From positions 1 through 53,716 of the forward strand of contig JAUCBJ010001988.1 in assembly GCA_032718475.1 (NCBI GenBank): a stretch of 53,716 bases of DNA, read 5' to 3'. The notes under the pieces were generated by a model that was given only the letters and a program-made list of their open reading frames with translations, was not told the DNA's origin and searched no databases. This document shows, one piece after another, positions 47,687 to 53,716 of this stretch; the stretch's first letter is position 1, and each line of letters starts with the position of its first letter. The stretch is from Nemertoderma westbladi (taxonomy: Eukaryota > Animalia > Xenacoelomorpha). The position numbers and the translations under genes were made by a program.

Positions 47687-48398
47687 GGGGGGGGGTACAC
47701 CATTTTGGTCCAAAATATGTCGAAATTTTTTTTATGGAATATTGTAATGCACCATTGAATGGTGTTTCCAAATCTGAAAACCGCTATTTAATAGCTCTTT
47801 TAGTTTTCAAGTTATGTAAATTTCCATTTACGGAATCCTATTGAAATTACTATTACTATGTATAATGAAAGGTCGATTATCTCCAAATATTTTTTTCATG
47901 AAATTGTCAACTTCAAAACCCTACTACTTCTACAATTTTTGAGTAATTAGTCTGAAACTTCCTGTGGGTGTCTAGATAGCCACCCTGCATAAAAGTATCA
48001 GGCAACTTTTCGAAATTTTTTGTTAATAAAATTTAATACTATTTATAAAAAACCTAAAAATTTGCATAAATTTGCAGCGCCACCTAGCGGAGCAGAATTA
48101 TTTTAACAAAATTTCGCCTGATAGTTATGTTGCCCCATCTTTGATCTACCATATAAAAAAACTTTCATGTGATTAGGTTCAAAACTGTAAAAGCCTTAGG
48201 GTTTTAAGCGCAACCAAGTTTTTTTTGTTGTTAACTAGTATTAACTAATATTAAATAGCGAAAAAAAAAAATTTTCTGACCTGTCATGTAGAATAGCATC
48301 TTAGGCACCTATATGCCAAATTTTAGCCAAAATCAAACAATTTTGAAACGCTGAGAGTGATAAATCGAAGAGTTGTCCGAAAATGGTGTACCCCCCCC
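47687..48398. mobile_element. Kolobok-like non-autonomous DNA transposon (TTAA TSD)
   Basis: TTAA|GGGGGGGGGTACACCATTTT ... AAAATGGTGTACCCCCCCC|TTAA; empty site GTACATTGATTTAATATTA present near 49510. Confidence 0.9.
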
Positions 48399-48525
48399 TT
48401 AATATTATTTCAATACCAATATTACTACATTGGCATACGATGCGTTGGCGTTGTATCATACATCTCAACATAGATGTATCAGCAGTTACTCGCACAGTTT
48501 CGAAACTTCGCATAGTTATAACTGT

Positions 48526-49160
48526 ATAAAGATCGTCAGTCTTGGTTTAGGAAAAATATTTTAATGCAAAACAGGACGAGCGACGAGCGCAACTAGGCAT
48601 ATAATGAAGACGAGTACCGCGTAGACTATGTTCCTATAAACCATACCTGGCTGCGCCTATTGAACGCATCGGTAGTTATAAAGATCGTCCGTCAGTCTGC
48701 GTTTAGGAAATATGTTTAAATACAAAACAGGACGAGCACAACGACGTTTATAATAATGAAGACGAGTACTGCCTACTGCGTTGATTATATTCCTATTAAC
48801 CATACCTGGCTTCGCCTATTGAAGGCATCGGTAGTTATAAAGATCGTCCGTCAGTCTGCGTTTAGGAAATATGTTTAAATACAAAACAGGACGAGCACAA
48901 CGACGTTTATAATAATGAAGACGAGTACTGCCTACTGCGTTGATTATATTCCTATAAACCATACCTGGCTTCGCCTATTGAAGGCATCGGTAGTTGTAAA
49001 GATCGTCCGTCAGTCTGTGTTTAGGAAATATGTTTAAATACAAAACAGGACGAGCACAACGACGTTTATAATAATGAAGACGAGTACTGCCTACTGCGTT
49101 GAATATATTCCTATAAACCATACCTGGCTTCGCCTATTGAAGGCATCGATCGTTATAAAG
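48526..49160. repeat. 159-bp tandem repeat, 4 copies (about 1.7 in duplicate B at ~50022-50297)
   Basis: Unit starts ~48526 (diverged), 48678, 48837, 48996. Confidence 0.92.
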
Positions 49161-49566
49161 TACTGGTGGGTGGGAAGGGTGGGGGGGGGGGGGGGGGGGG
49201 GGTGGGTGCAGATTAAAAGGGGTGAACACGTACTGTCCCCCTTTCTTTGATTGATTGGTGGTCTGGGTAAATTTCTCAAAACCTGATTTAGTGATACAGT
49301 CGCTCAATTTTAATCTGTATCTGATAACTGAGCCTCGTCCGGCGCGATGGCTTATATCTGAAGTAGTTTATTCCGCAATATATTTGTCTGGTTATTTTTT
49401 AATTGAATTTTTGCAAAGTAGTAAAATTAATGTTCTTAAAAATAATATTATTATTTTATATGTAACCTAGGAAATTAGCGATATATTTTCGCTGCAGCTT
49501 TAAGAGTGTACATTGATTTAATATTACAGTATTTCAATACCCATATTACTACATCGGCATACGATG

Positions 49567-49933
49567 TGTGGAAATAGCTCGCCCTCTAGCGGCTAGATTC
49601 CCTCTTCCCTATATATAAGAATTTCTATACCATTATACATCAGTCAGGAGTCAGTAGTACGGTAGGACAGTCAGCAGTGTACCGTAACTCACTGCTGTGC
49701 CCAATATTTTTCGTACCACATATCATTAACTGTCATATACTTCACACGTTTCAGTGTTTAGATATTATTATACATACTTCTGTTTTGTATTTTACTCTTT
49801 ATCTGTTATTCTCTATAACATGCCGAGCGTGTGCAGACAGGCAGAGGTGCGTCAGCGATCAATATTACCATAACTCAGTCAATCACACGTTAACACCGTA
49901 CTTCCGGACTGGATAGCGCGTGTGATCGTCACA
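49567..49933 (+). mobile_element. Solo LTR with 5-bp TSD CGATG
   Basis: CGATG|TGTGG...TCACA|CGATG; empty site GGCATACGATGCGTTGGCG near 48432; TATA-like TATATATAA near 49610 (basis for the strand call). Confidence 0.9.
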
Positions 49934-50559
49934 CGATGCGTTGGCGTTGTATCACACATCTCCACATAGATGTATCAGCAGTTACTCGCACAGTTTCGAA
50001 ACTTCGCATAGTTATAACTGTATAAAGATCGTCAGTCTTGGTTTAGGAAAAATATTTTATGACAAAACAGGAAAAGCGACGAGCGCAACGAGGCATAAAA
50101 TGAAGACGAGCACTGCGTAGACTATATTCCTATAAACCATACCTGGCTGCGCCTATTGAACGCATCGGTAGTTATAAAGATCGTCCGTCAGTCTGCGTTT
50201 AGGAAATATGTTTAAATACAAAACAGGACGAGCACGACGTTTATAATAATGAAGACGAGTACTGCCTACTGCGTTGAAGGCATCGGTAGTTATAAATTAC
50301 TGGTGGGTGGGAAGGGAGGGGTGGGGGGGGGGGGGGGGTGCAGATTAAAAGGGGTGAACACGTACTGTCCCCCTTTCTTTGATTGATTGGTGGTGTGGGT
50401 TAATTTCTCAAAACCTGATTTTGTGATACAGTCGCTCAATTTTAATCTGTATCTGACAACTGAGCCTTGTCCTGCGCGATGACCCCACGAACGTGATATT
50501 TGAGTATGTTATTTATTATATTATAACTTACATTGGGCACAGCTTAACAAAGTCGGCAA

Positions 50560-50617
50560 ATACCGTCCAGGTGGGATTGCATTTGATTGCAAGTCTGGCG
50601 TTCTAACCATTCCGCTA
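50560..50617 (-). mobile_element. Degenerate tRNA-derived SINE head
   Basis: A-box TAGCGGAATGG followed by TTAGAACGCCAGACTTGCAATC; B box not intact. Confidence 0.35.
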
Positions 50618-51269
50618 GCGGCTCAGGTAAAAGGTGGACCTGGAAATTCTACCTGATACCTTGTAAGAGTTGCAGCTCCTAGCAGTCCCCCAGCTCCTAG
50701 GGGTGGATGTGCCCTGACAATGACAAAATTACACACCCCTACGATCTCGTGGGATTGGCATTAAGGGTGCTCCATAAAAACCCAGTAAATAAAGATAACT
50801 GAGGTGTGTTTTCTGGCGATACGTGTAAAATTTAAAAATGCAACAGGCATATTAGGCTATTGGGTAGTGACCCTATTAGTATCGGGCTATAAAATGTTGT
50901 ACAAATACAGGGGGGGGGGGGGGGGGGGGGGGGTCTGATTTTTTTATTGTATTGTACGTAGATTTCACTAGTCTGAATCCGACCGAAAAATTAATTTTGA
51001 AAAATGTACTGGGATGGTTTTATTTTGCAGCACCAAAATTTCAATTAGTGAATAATTTTCAAAAATGTTATAGTTACAATTTTCGGCTAATCGTTTTTCA
51101 AAATAGGTTTTAGGGGGAACAGAATCCATTGGAAAATATTTAAAAATGATCTGATTACTATAAATGGCTGTTTTAGTCCTCTATATAGGCAAAAAATGAA
51201 AAAAACAAGTAATCAGCACTTTTCAGTTTGAACACAAAATCTTTAATTCACTTATACGATGCTATTAAT

Positions 51270-52380
51270 CACATTTTCAGGTTTTCTGGGGCGCTGATTC
51301 TAATGGAATACATTTATATGATGCGATAAATTCACATTTGCAGGTTTTCTAGGGCGCTGATTCTAATGGAATACATTTCTAATTTGCCAGCTCATTGCTA
51401 CTCGTATTTTACGGCGTACGTAATATTGAAAATTTTTGTGCTAGCACCAAATCGCGTACCCATCACCAAAAAGTACAGGTTTGAGATGTCCAGTGCATTT
51501 TTATTGATTCCATCGGATTCAGAACCCTCAAAATCTCGTAAAACGCAAGAAACAAGATGATACTATTTATTGATCAATTTGCATATTTTCAAAAATTTCG
51601 AGCTGGCACAAAAAATTTTACTCCAAGCCAAAAAATACAAGTTTGAGAACTCTTAAGCAATTTTTACTTATTCCATTGAATTCAGAACCTTCACAAACCC
51701 GTATAACGCAAGAAACAAGGCGACATGATCAATTGATATATTTGATGGGTTTCAAAATTTGGTGCTAGCACCAAGTTGTGCACCCACTTCCGAAAAATAC
51801 AGGTTTGAGATGTCTAGTTAGATAATTATTTATTCCATATTTAATTCAGAAACCACCACAAACCTCTAAAATGTGAGAAATAAGTTGTCACAATGCATTG
51901 AACTATTGAATGGATTTTCAAAATTTCGTGCTAGCACCATCGAAAAATATAAGTTTGATACGCTTGGTACAACTAGTATATATTCTATCGAAACGAGAAC
52001 CCCCAAATTAATTTACAAATTCAATACAATTTACATACAAAATAGTCGTCATATTTCAAAATTTGGTGCTGGCACCAAAATTGGCACCGAAAAAACAAGT
52101 TTGAAATTTCTAAATTATTGTATAAGAATTCCATCCGATTGCCATCACCAAAAAACCGGTGTAAATAAAAAATATACATATTACGAATCATATTTCATGA
52201 AATTTAATTTTCAAAAAACATCTCAAAAAAGTGCCAAAATTAGGATTAAAAATATTGCTTTAACTCGAAAACTTCTCAATATTTTTGAAAACAGTTTTCA
52301 CTGGGGGGGGGGGGGGGGGGGGGTGGTCATGTTGACCCCTCCGGGGGTTCATGTTGACCCCCCGGGGGTTAATAGGGCTA
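51270..52380. repeat. Diverged ~162-bp internal repeats, probably inside a non-autonomous DNA transposon
   Basis: GCTRGCAC motif at 51440, 51602, 51764, 51930, 52068 with shared AAAATACAGGTTTGAGA and TTCAGAACC blocks; right end resembles a piggyBac terminus (TAATAGGGCTAA). Confidence 0.6.
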
Positions 52381-52489
52381 ATATACACCATGCATAACCG
52401 TTCGCGTAACCTATGTGGCTATGCGGTTGTATGTATGCATGTAAAACAGGTACATGTCTAAGGACATGGGAAAAGATACTAAACCACAC

Positions 52490-53460
52490 TTATGAATAAT
52501 AATGGTGCAAGTGTGTCACCCTAAAGGTGAAGATTCCGAATGTGTCTGTATCACCATGAACAGTAGACAAAAATGTTGTGGTAACATCATACAGTGATCC
52601 GTTAGCTACAATAATTTCCTCAGGAATCCCATGTGCTGCAAGTATGATGATCATACATGGTCAGGAGACTGAGTCGAAATAGTCAACAAAGATAATAGCC
52701 AGACAACTGTCTTTCTTTGTTGATAGCTCTTCGATTATCCTTCTAAGCTAAGCGCCAGAATAGGCTCCATGGTCCTCCGACCTTTACAGAACCCATTTTG
52801 GTTCTCACGTAACAGTCTTCCAACAGGATCCCTGATGCGATTTAATAGAATTATATTGTATTGCTATGCAGCAATCGAGATCAATGAGATTCCATAAAAA
52901 GATCCATAAGTTGTTAGGATGCCCTGTTTTGGGGGCATGGACCAACTTATTTGTTTTCATATCTTGAGGGACTCACTTTGTCCTATACATGCCAATAATA
53001 ATGGAATGAATGAGCTCCAAACACTCATGAATTTTAATAACCTCAGTGGGCATGGCATGTACTGCACTGGCACGATTGGTCTTCATGCTCTTTGCTACAA
53101 TCTTGATTTCCGAAAAGAAGATGTCACCAATGGCGATATCTGTGACCACTAACTCAGATTCACTATGTACCTCAAAGTCATTGTTTAGTGTCATTGTTTA
53201 GAAGCATCTCAAGTCAAAGTGGTCCTCCCAACCATTCGCATTGAGGCTTTGAGCTGGAGATTCACCTTAACCTTGCTGTTGCAACAGAGAGGACCAGTCA
53301 TGATGTGGCAAGGTAGATTTCGTAGTACATGATTTTGTAGTAGGTATTGTTGTAGATGTTGGGGAGTAGATGTTGGTAAGGTATTAAGAATGCATGATGA
53401 TCCACTTCATCAGTGGCTGCTTGTAGGTTGTTGTATAACTTTTGCTCCTCCTCTGTAGGG
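52490..53460 (-). mobile_element. Degraded RTE-type LINE (endonuclease to RT pieces)
   Basis: ISLISIAA, NRIRDPV..LLRENQNGF, DTLAPLLFI; nucleotide similarity to 44030-44115. Confidence 0.7.
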
Positions 53461-53716
53461 GTAACTTGGTTCTATTTGTATTCGTGATGCAGACATGCTA
53501 TATGATAATTTACTCACCATTTGCATTACTATATGTCATCCATAGGACCATTAGACTTGTGCATGTGGGCTGGGGGCCAATTTTCGCGTTGTAAGACCCA
53601 AACCACACCCCATCTTCCCCCATTCATTCCCTGTCTCTATTTTAGCACCCTCCCATGTAAATAAGTAAATGAATATTCTGGAATGAATATTTATGATGTT
53701 GGATCCTATTGACTAC

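Larger units (their letters stand above)
47516..50481. repeat. Head-to-tail tandem duplication (copy A 47516-49348, copy B 49349-50481)
   Basis: Both start GGCTTATATCTGAA.TAGTTTATTCCGC and end ACTGAGCCT.GTCC.GCGCGAT; each has a private insertion. Confidence 0.92.

Noticed and set aside
48480-49160. Hammerhead ribozyme in the 159-bp repeat
   Set aside because: CTGACGA occurs on - only in the diverged first unit, without a valid stem II before GAAA.
51873-52397. 174-aa ORF
   Set aside because: Low-complexity K/N/I-rich translation of AT-rich repeats, non-ATG start, no motifs.

Overview
AT-rich eukaryotic genomic DNA, most likely from an invertebrate animal (inferred from the TE families and P450 type), dominated by nested transposon debris. 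The only clear host genes are two intronless CYP2-clan-like cytochrome P450 paralogues (18.5-19.9 kb and 39.3-40.8 kb, minus strand), produced by tandem duplication and now separated by ~19 kb of insertions. Mobile content: two head-to-head internally deleted BEL/Pao LTR elements (1.1-9.1 kb), two Gypsy-type elements in tandem (24.1-33.1 kb), an intron-containing hAT transposase, RTE and L2/CR1 LINE fragments, several MITEs (including a TTAA Kolobok-like one), a solo LTR, and minisatellites. The least explained region is 10.7-14.8 kb. Six short ORFs in the ORF track share one reading frame and, with a seventh joined by a frameshift, reconstruct a decayed, intronless ~1270-codon gene of unknown family. 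It has its own TATA box, a long G.U-rich hairpin in front and a basic C-terminal tail, and it lies downstream of a BEL/Pao pol in the position of an accessory ORF. Three different LTR retroelements here also carry tandem arrays of stem-loop units just 3' of integrase, two with compensatory base changes. All family calls come from motif recognition by eye; no searches were run.
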